Shown here: piece after piece, positions 37,720 through 49,127 of the stretch | Position numbering within the stretch: the stretch's first letter is position 1 | Layout: each line of letters starts with the position of its first letter | Source of the DNA: Balanoglossus misakiensis | Taxonomy: Eukaryota > Animalia > Hemichordata | DNA length: 64,000 bases | NCBI GenBank assembly: GCA_040954595.2 | Contig: CM082583.2 | Span: 3,605,060-3,669,059 of the forward strand | Reading direction: 5' to 3' | Position numbers and translations under genes: made by a program | Notes under the pieces: model-generated | What the model was told of the DNA's origin: nothing | What the model saw: the letters and a program-made list of their open reading frames with translations, nothing else | The model's database searches: none

Positions 37720-40700
37720 AAGCTTTTTGATTTTTAGTTCTTCTATTTTATCATCCAACTGTGATGACAAGGAAGTAATTTCCTACTCCTTGTTTTGCAG
37801 TTCTCCTGAGACTGTTTGATTTTGTGATGAGCGTAAGCTGTCCAGTTAACTCTGCATTCTCAGAATGTTTGTCAGCTGACTTTAACAGTTCTGTGACGTC
37901 ATTTCCAAGCCTCTTCTTTTATGATTTGAGTTCATCAATTTCAGATAGTATGTCTTATCATTTCCTGCTAGTTTCCCGTTTTGTTTTCTGCTCAGCAAGT
38001 TGGGCCACATATCTCTGCCTAGCAGAACCAGCTGATATGATGAATTGTGGTGTAATATGTACATTTTGTATTCTACCAATGCTGTTCACATGATCACTTA
38101 TCAGGCGTTGTGCCACCACAGATTCCTCATGTAGGTTCTCCATTTTAATCTGTTTGTTGACTGAAAATCCCCTTTCCACTGAACCCTGTCCATGGGAGAT
38201 CAGTAACATGTCCTTCACTACCTGCCATACTGAGCCCAAAACGTTGATTGGTCGCTAAGGACTGAAAGAGGAGCTCATCGACTCTGCTGCTATGCTATCA
38301 TCATATGGGTTGAAATCCCTGAACTTAGAGTGGTTGGACAGTACAGTTGTGTCAATAAACTCTTCAAACTGCCGCAGCACCTCATCACAGGCAGAAGACG
38401 TCCCTTCTGTTATTCGAACATTCAAATACCTACCATTCAAAACTAAGGAATGTTGACCAAATGTTCGACATCTTGACGAACACGGGTTGTTACACCACTT
38501 GGCGCCCCAATCATGACAGAAGCACCGTCAGATGCCATGGCAACTAGGTTTTGTTTCCATTTGTTTGATTCCATAGCCACTTCAACACAAAGAGCCCTGT
38601 CAATGGCATTGATTATCGATTCCGCATTAACTCGCGGTATTGGCTGTAAACTCAGAAACTTTGTGATGGGGCGACAATCAAATGTATACTATTTCTTCCT
38701 CGACAGTTAATCTGTCCGTTGAAGAATCATTGAGCACGGAGTACAGCTCACTTTCAGTGATTTTCGTCACGACATCCTCACGCAAAACTTCAGCAATGTA
38801 CCGTACGAAATTCGCCGCTTGCTTGTCGTTACAGTACGTGTTACCGACTTTAATTTGGTTTATATCCTGAAGATCCAGTAAACCAGTGAAATCACTGAAG
38901 GGTTTCTCATATTTCGCAATACAATAGGCAGTATGGAACATCACTTTCATTTGTTCATACTGAAGTTTCTCCATGTTCATTACGGATGACACAATAGGAC
39001 GCGGTGAGGAAATTCTTTTGATAATCTGCCTCTCTACCATCTTCTGTGGGGTTGGCTGGCCTCATGTTTTCGTAGAGAATCAATGCGAAAGTTACCACAA
39101 CCGTCTCTGGTAAAGGCTGACGTCCCAGCTGGACATATTTTACAAAACATTGCTCGCGTTCTTTCATCATATCAGAGGCATTCTCTTCCGGCAAGCCACG
39201 ATGTTTGAAATGTTCGCTCAGGCACGACTTTAGCTTTCTTTGAAACTGAAGGCTGATCATCTTGCGATGTTGATGGCAATGCCTGTGAATTTACCTCATC
39301 CGATGTTTGGCTCTTTCTGAAATAATTCAGGAGACACATTTTGCTGTTTCTCTGCAATTGTGAACTATGCAAGCAAATGAGCTGAATAAATTTTGGCGAC
39401 ACTTAAAGCCTGATCGCAGACATTGGTAGTCTGTGGATGCGGGGCTACCGCGAATTTCGAGCCCTGTTATACCAGCAGATATATCAACCTGACCGAATGT
39501 GGCAATATCACAATCACAATGAGAACAATTGTCCAGTAATCAAAGAAATCCTGAAATCCAGATCAGTGTATCCATTGAATACATGATCCATGTTTAAAAC
39601 TTCACACCATATAATATCATTGCACTGATTCTCAGGTAAAGTGGAAAAAATAGCATCAAGGACACTGTGGTCCCATTTGAGGATTACACAGAATTAGGTA
39701 TACACCAGAATACAAATCACATGTGACATTGGCAAGCAGAAATGAATTAACCACATAAAAATATGAAAGTGAACAGGCAGGTTTGTGACATCGGTTTTCA
39801 AAATCAGACAGACCCCCCCCCCCTTCACCCAAGACTAAAAAATAATGACCCCCCCCCCCTTTGACAGGCAAAAAACTGTGATGACCCCCCCCCCCTCGCC
39901 CCAAAAAACTCCAACAACAAACTAACATTACACAACTACTTGTGGAGTAAAAAAGCTTGCTTCCAAGAGCCTGCTCGTCATCCTGATCTTGTGTACACTG
40001 TATGTAAAGTTTCAGTAATTTCATCGTCCTCACTGCTGCCTATTTCCTGTACAACAGTGTCATCATCATCATCATCAGGAAACACAGTTCTTCTTCTGAC
40101 GTAGCACTGTCATTGGTTGTATCCTAACGCTGTAGGTGCCTTTGTACGCGGTTCGTTTTCTCTTGGCTTTGTGCTTCTTTCCGCATAACATCACACGTCA
40201 CTGCCTTCACTTTATCGCCTTTGTTCCCTTTTGTTGACAGATTATGGCGAGTCAAGTACTTATCCAGCTCTCTCACAGTCAGTTTTTTCAGTGTACCATT
40301 CAAAACATGACTCATCCAGTCATATTCATGATACTGCTTTTCTTTCTTTTCCTGTTGTTTTTTCTTCCTCTCACCTTCTCTGATCTGCCTGGTCTGTTTT
40401 AAGGTGGTCAGATGCTGGAGACATGATTTTACATCCTCTTCTTCTACCGCATATTTTACGGCAGTCTCCCTTATACAAAATGTACCATCAGTGTTGTCAA
40501 GCGATAGTTGGCCACTTCTAAAGAGCTTGGTGATGTTGACACGAGGCTGCCAATCATCTGGCTGCCTGGGCTGACCAGCTTCGCTCACATTGGGGGTGTC
40601 TAAGACATTCATAAAATGATATTTTGATCAGGAATGGGTTAAGGGATTCTCTCCATCTGTGGTCCAGTAAATGGGTGATCACTACAAAATTTGCACACGT

Positions 40701-41425
40701 TCCCCTTTTCAAGGCACCCTTGCTTCAAATACTCCATGAAAAGTTCCCCTACATGAAAGTGGTTTTCTATGAATGAAAACACCTTTTCTATGTAAGCTGA
40801 CCCTGGAACTGCACTCCTGGATTGAAAACCTGTTCGCTTGGCATAGTCATGTATGTAGCCAGAGTTACTGAAGACACCCTTGCTTCAAATACTCCATGAA
40901 AAGTTCCCCTACATGAAAGTGGTTTTCTATGAATGAAAACACCTTTTCTATATAAGCTGAACTTGGAACTGCACTCCTGGATTGAAAACCTGTTCGCTTG
41001 GCATAGTCATGTATGTAGCCAGAGTTACTGAAGAAAAATAGGTCTTCCTCCGTCTCTGAAACATGTGCCTTGATATTATACAATCTGCAAGTCAATTTTC
41101 TTCCATCTGCGTCAAATTAGCCATATTCGCCGTTACCTCACTAAGGAAGTTTGCCAGATGCTGGTTCACGCAATAATCACATCAAAACTCAACTACTGTA
41201 ATGCACTACTCTGTGGTTTACCATCATCATGCATTCAACCGCTACAGCATGGCCTGAATTCTGCAGCCAGGATCGTTTCTTGTACCCAGAAAACGGATCA
41301 TATTACATGTACTCCTATTCTCATGGATTTACATAGGTTGCATGTACACTATAGAATCCAATACAGTAGAACGTTGATTATCCGAACGTTGATTATCTGC
41401 ATTGTTCTGTTATCTGCACTCACTC
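37720..41425 (-). repeat. Composite TE-mosaic block, copy 2
   Basis: Colinear and highly similar by eye to 31780-35490. It has an extra repeat at ~39400-39775 and its own ~160-bp tandem duplication (40715-41033). 36330-36510 also matches 31560-31750. Confidence 0.85.
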
Positions 41426-42132
41426 TATGTCCTCCTGATTTTTTCCCTTGGCGTCCTATCATTGTCAGGTGGTATCAGATCACTGTTTTACAAATAAAGA
41501 TTACCAACCTTCAGTTTTCACACAATAGAATTTTTTCTTTCAAAATTCTTACCGCTCATTAGTCCATTGTTTTAAGTGTGGGTGTGTTATTAGTGTGGTG
41601 TGAATGTAGGTATCCCAATGATTTTTTTTAACTTTCCTAAATCACATTTTTGTTAGTTCATTGAAAAGTACATAGAATTTCACGAAAAATGTTACCTCAT
41701 TTTAAAAAATTGGCCAAAGATTAAGCAAGATTTGACCAATATTTGACCTTTAAGGTCAACGACTTATTCAAAATTACTAAAAAGCGGCATATTCACAGCC
41801 TCATAGAATTTTACCAAAAATTGTAAACATACTTCATCATGCATTTTCCTGTAGAAAACAACCTATTAAATCTCATTTTAAAATTGAACAGCATGTTTGA
41901 AGAGGAGTTTTAGGACAAATCACTACCAAAAAATGACAAAAACTCAATTTTGTGCAATGTGAAAATACCAAAAATTGGCCTTTCGGGCATTTTCATAGTT
42001 CTCTAAAAAAAAAGTTTCAAAGTTAGGAGTCTAAAACTGATTATAGTCTTACTAAATGTTACCCTTAAAATACCTATTTTTTTATGTGTACAAAAAATAA
42101 CTGTAACTGGGAGAAAAATGGGCCTGAAAATG

Positions 42133-43625
42133 CTAAGTGATAAAATGTGCTAAAATATACCAAAAATCCCAATTTTCAAATGCGCATAAAATCAAAACCA
42201 TACAAGAAAAACCTGCGTCTACAAATATGACTTTAATGGTACCTTTCAGAACAATGTTAAATTCTGCATGAAAAACATATTTCGATTCTACATTTTCATC
42301 AACATTAACAACAGTGGGCCACTTAAATGTATTTTTGTACCCTGCTCTCATGTATTGAACTGTAGCTAACTCTCCAGATTTAGCTTCAACAACTTCTCCA
42401 ATAAAGTAGCCTTGATCATAAGCAACTGCTACAGGCACACCCTGACGAGTAAATTCATAGTGAAAATTCCACTCAGATGCCTCATTATCAGGTAACTCAT
42501 CATCTGAACAAACAAGCTCTAAATCTGATTCAGAATCTGAAACAGGGGAAATCTGATCATGCTTTCGTTTCCCACTTTCAGGCAGACTACCAGAATGTTG
42601 TGCAAAATCAGATGAATGATCATCTGCAACTGCTAAAGGATTGGAATTTAAATAAGAAATAAAATCTGTTTTGAGACAATCAAATGACTTTCTGCCCATT
42701 ATTAGCCGTTCATCTTTTCTACCTAACACTTTTGTAACATATCGGATTTCATTTTTCAGAACACTGGTTTGTTGTGTTTTAGAGTTGGCCTTTGACAACA
42801 CCTTGGCAACATCACTTGCATTCTTGCATGGCCCCCCATGACTAAATACACATGTTGTAATGGTTTGCAGACTGGCTGCTTTTGAAACTTCTTTCTCTTG
42901 CTTTCTTTTGCGACTCTCTTCTAATCTTTCTTGTGTTTTTATTTTAACATCTTTCTCTATTACTCTATATTTTTGCCGCATTGCTGAAGCTTTTGATCGA
43001 GCAAATTTCAACAAATGTTGTTGCTCATCAAAGCTTTTAGCAAACAACCACTCTGAGATATGGTGTGATTTGTCTTCAACATTTGTATGCTTGAATGATA
43101 AAATAGTGATGCATATGTCACGTCGACATTTAAACATGCCAAAGTCAAGATCACCAAACTCATATTCACTTACCAGATTTGTCAATTTGCAATGTTTCAT
43201 TTCATTTCTCAGTTCCTGGGTGGGTTTGGAACTATACTTTCCCCCAGGGAGGAAGTCTACAAGTTGTCGTTCAGTGACTGTTATAAATGATGTCATCAGG
43301 TTTTCCAATGTACCGTACTTTTAGTCAGTGGTGAAGAAGTGAAATCATCAGAGAACAAACTGTCGTAGACTTCATCCCGAAGGGGATTGTATTTGTCACC
43401 AAACACTCCATTTTGGTCCTTTCCCATCAGTGATGTTGAATCCATTGCCCACTCCTTAAATTTTTCAGCATTGCTTGAATGTAGATGTACTGGTCAACGT
43501 ATTCAACATCACTTTGCAGCATTAACCAAAATGGACCATGCTAATACCGTAGTTGCTATAGCAACCAAACATTTTTGCAGCCTATCCTGGGCTGTTGAAG
43601 AGGCCCAAAATCCATGTTTAACTTC
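42133..43625 (-). pseudogene. C-terminal half of a second divergent DDE transposase (same family as 17290-21141)
   Basis: ERQLVDFLPGGKY and LTNLVSEYEFGDLD match ERQAVDQLPGG and TNTVSERDFGLLD. The C-terminus is a different Tudor/SH3-like module. Confidence 0.75.
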
Positions 43626-43639
43626 CTGTGTCTCAACAA

Positions 43640-44094
43640 TTTGCAAGGTGACCCCCTATTTTTCTGCCTTAAATTGATTTGATATATTTCAAACAAGGTA
43701 CATGTATCTACCAAGTTTCAAAAAAAGTTTAAATCTGGAAGTGGTAAAAAATTACATAAGAGTTGATTTTTTAGGCAATTCTGTGTTTCATTTAACAGTT
43801 GTAGTGATATGCGATTATCATATTGAACAAGATAAAATCTCAAAATTGCTAAAAACAAAATATTTAGTAAGTTTAGATTATATAATGGTGAAAAATAAAT
43901 ATGACTACCCTCCCAAAATATGTATTTATGAAGCCGTTTTACAAAGATCTACCAACAACTCTTTTCCCAAAAATCAAGCTGGTTGACCCCCAATTTTTAT
44001 TCCATAGATTAAATGTTTAGAAGTCATAGTATCATCAGTATTAATTTCAACAATGCTCAGGCGAATTTTTATTTCGAGGTGCATAACACCTTAA
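43640..44094. mobile_element. End fragment of a TTAA-targeting (Kolobok-like) element
   Basis: Ends TTTCGAGGTGCATAACACC|TTAA; the partner end was not identified. Confidence 0.4.
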
Positions 44095-44142
44095 ACAATA
44101 CTATGGGAAGCTTCATACTAAAGTTCAAAGAAGTAGACCTAT

Positions 44143-45128
44143 CAGTCAGGACGTAAGTGGGGTAATTACGGCGGTGAGATCAAAGAGATCTATTTGAATG
44201 TGAACGTCGCTGAGTGGCAGTTACGGCCAGTTCGAAAAATTTTCAAACGGAGATTTTCGGTACTACAAGTGATCGTAGTGCACCCATTTTTCTAAGACGT
44301 GTATGAAACACCATAGTCAATGATAGGATGATTTTTCGTGAAGTTTTAACGACGCGTTCCCGAGAAAGACAGTTTCGGTATGTTGGTTTAAATTGTGGTC
44401 CTTGACTCTCGGCAAAGATTTCTTGTCTTGAAAAAAATTGGGTAGGTTAGGAAGATATTGAACTAAGTTACCGTGAAATTATAATGTTGTGAGCCGCTCC
44501 GTTGTGGAGTAATGACGGTGTAAAAATTGCCTTCGCCATCGACGAGTACAGCCGTGTTTGCCATATGTGTATGCATTGAAGTAGGTCAACGCATGTTAAC
44601 CCATGACGTAATGGCTTCCTTTTCAACGCGTCGTTATCTCTCATTAGCATATTACATACGGAGTCTATACACTATTCACGCTGACTTCTCAGGACTTACC
44701 TATGGCACTGTAAATTGTGGTCCTTGGCTCTCGGCATGGATATATTCATGTCAAAATTATGAATAGAGGAGTTTAATAATGTTTCTAAAACCTGAGGGGG
44801 TTAATTTTTGTGTGGGTATGGCTGATATTTTTTTTTTGATTTTTTAACTTCAAGGTCACTTTGAATTTCGTGATCACAATTTTGTCAGTGGAAGTAAAGA
44901 AATTCTTCTCGATAAAACTTCATGAAAAATCACATAGTACACTCATAGTACCAGTAATGTGCCTGGGGTGAAATAATTGTCAGAAATGGGTTGCAAGTTA
45001 CTGAACTTTCGTTGTGAAAAAAGTTGAAAAACTGTATGCAAATGAGCAATTCAAACGTTACTGGCCAGTTCAAGTGTTTGCATTGCATGATCCCCTGCTG
45101 TTTAATTACCCCACTTACGTCCTGACTG
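44143..45128. mobile_element. MITE with CAG...CTG termini and 3-bp TSD (TAT)
   Basis: TIR CAGTCAGGACGTAAGTGGGGTAATTA at both ends. It is inserted in a HINE-like repeat whose empty-site paralog is at ~16320. Confidence 0.88.
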
Positions 45129-46411
45129 TATGACTTTCAGCAATGAAGGTTTTTTACCAATAACGTGGAAAAAGACAAAAATGCATAAAAATGGAAAATC
45201 ATATCTCAAAACATACAGGACTGTATGAGGGTGACATAAGTTATATGCCTACCAACTTTCAAATCCATCTGAACAGTGGTTGTTGAGTTTCTGAGTTTTG
45301 ACGAAATTTAGGTTTTTCCCAGCTAATTTGCATATTTTTGGCAATGACAACTTCATTTGAACAAACTCCCATCTACAGCCCACCTTGCGTTATGCACTAA
45401 ACATCGAGGTGATGTTGCAGCGGTTTTCAAGTTTTTGATGTGGACAGACATACACACATCCATACCGGTACATACAGACGCATCTGATTCCATAAGGTCC
45501 CATAGTACATATACACATGTATACCAAATGGGACCCAAAAAAAGAAATACACATTCTACAGTACAGTAAACCGTCGATTATCCGCACGTCGATTATCCGC
45601 ATTGTTTGGCTATCCGAACTACGTTTGTGTCCCCCACATCACACTCCTTGCGACAGTGCTGTTTGGCTATTGAAGTCAAACAATTTTGCTGACCATGCTT
45701 CGGTTATCTCATACAAATAAAGTTTTATCACTACTTTCTGTGTTGTCTTTGTTAATTGTTGCATATGCTGCAACTTTATTGAAATGGTTCTAAAGATGTG
45801 TGAACGTTATTATACGAGAAACAATCACAACAACATGACAGTCGATCAAAATCATCCTCCTGACACCAGACACGACGACCGATGATGGCCGATACTGAAG
45901 AGGTGCAAAGAACTGAAACAGTCATGACAGCTGTCAATCTCGATTGTCTGCCGGACATAAAAGTTATGACAAAGTCGGCATGTTACTGGGATCAAGTAAA
46001 TGTGCGAAACATATTTGCTGCTGTGAAAAACTTCGACAATGCTTTGGATCGGCTCGATATGAAAATAAAAAGACACAAAATGGCGTACAGATCTTTGATG
46101 TGTTGAGAATGAAGAATTGTAAAACGTCATGATTTGCTCAAATTCATAAATAGAGATGTTGGACATGACATTTTTCATTCTATCATCAAACACTCTACAG
46201 GTTACATCGCATTGATATCCGCAAGTTACGCCATGTCATCTTTGAAGCCCGCTTCCATGAAACGAAAACGCAATGTGCTTGATCTTGACACGAAGCTGTC
46301 AATCATTGACCGGCTAGAAAGTGGTGAGGTAGCAAGCAAGTTGGCTGCTGAGTGTGGTGTCAGTAAATCTACGATCACTGATATCAAAAAGGCAAAGTCA
46401 AAGCTGATTGA

Positions 46412-46562
46412 CTGCACATTTGTGCTCCTCAAACTTGAAGATTTCACGGTTTTCATACTGAATCTAGTGTGTGGGCCAATGAGCACAAGCGCCTTTGAGT
46501 ATGACACTTGTTATAGATACTGGCGCTATACAATTTTTTTCTGATTGATTGATTGATTGATA
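46412..46562 (+). mobile_element. 3' end of an L2-type LINE/SINE inside the pogo ORF
   Basis: AAGCGCCTTTGAG...GGCGCTATACAA stem motif followed by a (GATT)n tail. Confidence 0.6.
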
Positions 46563-47082
46563 AGTTGGACTCCAGTGCTGGACTGAAACAAAAGATAATG
46601 AAAACAGCTGATGATGAAAAAAAAGAGAAATCGGTTTTCACCTCGTTTACACAAGAGCGCAGCCATGGCACAAGCCACTGTCGGGTCAGATTATCATGGA
46701 GAAAGCCAAATGGTTCGACGAAAAGTTAAATGGAGACAAGTCATCATTCAAAGCAAGCAGTGGTTGGCTGAAGAATTTTCAACGGTGACAAGGAATACGC
46801 CAGATTCCGTCCAGGGTGAGAAACTTTCATCTAACCAGTCTGATGTCAAGCTGTTCATCAACAAACTCCATTAAATTATTCAGTGAGAAAACTACACAAC
46901 AGAAGAACTTTACAATGTGGATGAAACTGGTCTTTACTGGAAACTTCTACCCAGGAAGATATAGCTGCACCTGCCGAGATATTTGCATAGGCTACAAAAT
47001 CTCCAAAGATCGTATCACAGTCGTGGGCTGTAGCAACGCCGCCGGTACGCACAAACTTCCCCTGTTGTGGTCTGCAAAGCCC

Positions 47083-47505
47083 TAGTCTAGAATCTATCCG
47101 TTCGTAGTCGCATTCACCTTACTACCGTCTAGGAACGCCTAACCAAAATCTAGTAAGGCCATAAAAATGGTAATTTGAATGTGAATAGTCTCCAACTGAG
47201 CATTCTGACGTCAGAGAAGTCAATCACTTACGTTGACCGACTACTGATTGGCAATGAGGTGATGACGTTGAATGTTAATTATGTTTACAATGTAGCTCCG
47301 CCCCGAATGATACATAATCATGATCACGTGGTGACGCTTGACGTCAGATTGCTCAGTTGGAGACTATTCACATTCAAATTACCATTTTTATGGCCTTACT
47401 AGATTTTGGTTAGGCGTTCCTAGACGGTAGTAGGGTGAATGCGACTACGAACGGATAGATTAGTAGTAGGGTGAATGCGACTACAAACGGATAGATTTTA
47501 GACTA
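47083..47505. mobile_element. Hairpin MITE with TAG...CTA termini and 9-bp TSD (AcademH-like)
   Basis: GCAAAGCCC is duplicated at 47074-47082 and 47506-47514. ~130-bp inverted arms, with a ~36-bp tandem duplication in the right arm. Confidence 0.92.
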
Positions 47506-47735
47506 GCAAAGCCCAGAAGCCTAGATGTTTCAAGCATGTCAATATAAACAACCTTCCCATTCGGTATTTTGCCCACAGAAACGCGTGGATGAGCGGTGAA
47601 CTGTTTTTGACATGGTTCCACAATGATTTCATACCAGCAGTAAGAAGACATTTGCATGGGTAACAACTTCCAGAAAAGGCGCTACTGTTGATCGACAACG
47701 CCCCATCACACCCAGGTCAAGACCAACTTATCAGT

Positions 47736-49127
47736 TTATTTTCATTTTTTATTAATGACTTAGCAGTTGAGCTTAAATCATTGAACAAAGGTATTTCTAT
47801 TGATAACTGTAATATCTGTATATTGTTATATGCCGACGACATTGTGACTCTTGATTTCGGATAATGAACTTGATATGCAAGCAATGCTTGACCATGTCGA
47901 TAATTGGTGCTCCAAGTGGCGTCTTCTAGTTAGTTGTAGTAAATCAAAAGTTGTCCATTTTAGGAAAGAAACCATGATAAAAAGTGCATTTGATTTTCAT
48001 CTTGGTCTAAATTCTGTTGAATATGCTCATAAGTACAAATACCTTGGGATTGTTTTAAGTGAATTTTTGGATTTTTCTGTAACTTCTGAAGCGTTGTCAC
48101 AGGCTGCCAATAGAGCATTGGGTGCCTTGAATTCAAAAGTTACAGTTTTGAAAAACTTTGGCTTTGAATCCTATACAAAACTATATAATGCATGTGTTTC
48201 CCCTATACTAGATTACTGCTGTGCAATTTGGGGGTTTAGAAAACATGATAAATGTGATGTGCCTTAAGATTTTATTTGGGGGTTCATAGGTTTACTCCAA
48301 CTCATGCAATTATAGGTGATACTGGTTGGTACTCTTGTAGAAATCGCAGACATATTAACATGATTCGATATTGGAATAGGCTTCTGGCCATGGACGAACA
48401 AAGACTTACAAAAAGGGTCTTCTTGTGGGACTTCGCTTTAAATGATTACAATAACTGGTCAAATGAAATCTGTCAGATTTTTGATATTTTAAACGTAGAT
48501 GTGGAAAACCTATTGTACATTAATATTCCTATGGTTAAAAGAAAGTTGTTATCAATGCTCGAGTCTGATTGGCTTGAGAATGCTAGACAAAAAGCTAAGT
48601 TACGAACTTATATTCTCTTGAAATCTACTTATTGTGCAGAAAGTTATGTTTCGTTGAATCTGTCCCGTCGACAACGTTCGTTGACAGCACAAATTCGTGC
48701 CGGTGTATTGCCTCTTCGGATTGAAACTGGAAGATTTCGTCACGAGAGTTTAGATAGAAAGCTTTGTGAATTTTGTCAGAGTAGTTCTATTGAAAATGAG
48801 AGTCACTTTCTATTGCATTGTCCATTTTATGATGATTTAAGGGTATCTTATATGAAATGTCTTACGGATGTACGAATTGGACACAGCAAAATATATCGAA
48901 AAAGCATTTCTTCGAAGGAAAGAAAGTTTGTATAGGCTCAATTAGGATGCATGATTTGTACATTTGTCATTGTGTATTGTACACCCATCTTTTTCTATCT
49001 TTTGCTTGGATCTTTAAAGTGACTTATAAGTCCATTGGGCTGGGAAGTTTTCCTATTCAGATTATTATCTTCTCTGTAAAGAATTTGTAATTGACCTCAT
49101 GTCACTATAATAAACTATCTATCTATC
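47736..49127 (+). mobile_element. 5'-truncated RTEX-like LINE
   Basis: LLYADDIV, LRIETGR and a C-terminal CxxC...E.HF...C motif; AATAAA plus (CTAT)n tail; TSD TATCAGT at 47729-47735 and 49128-49134. Confidence 0.85.
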
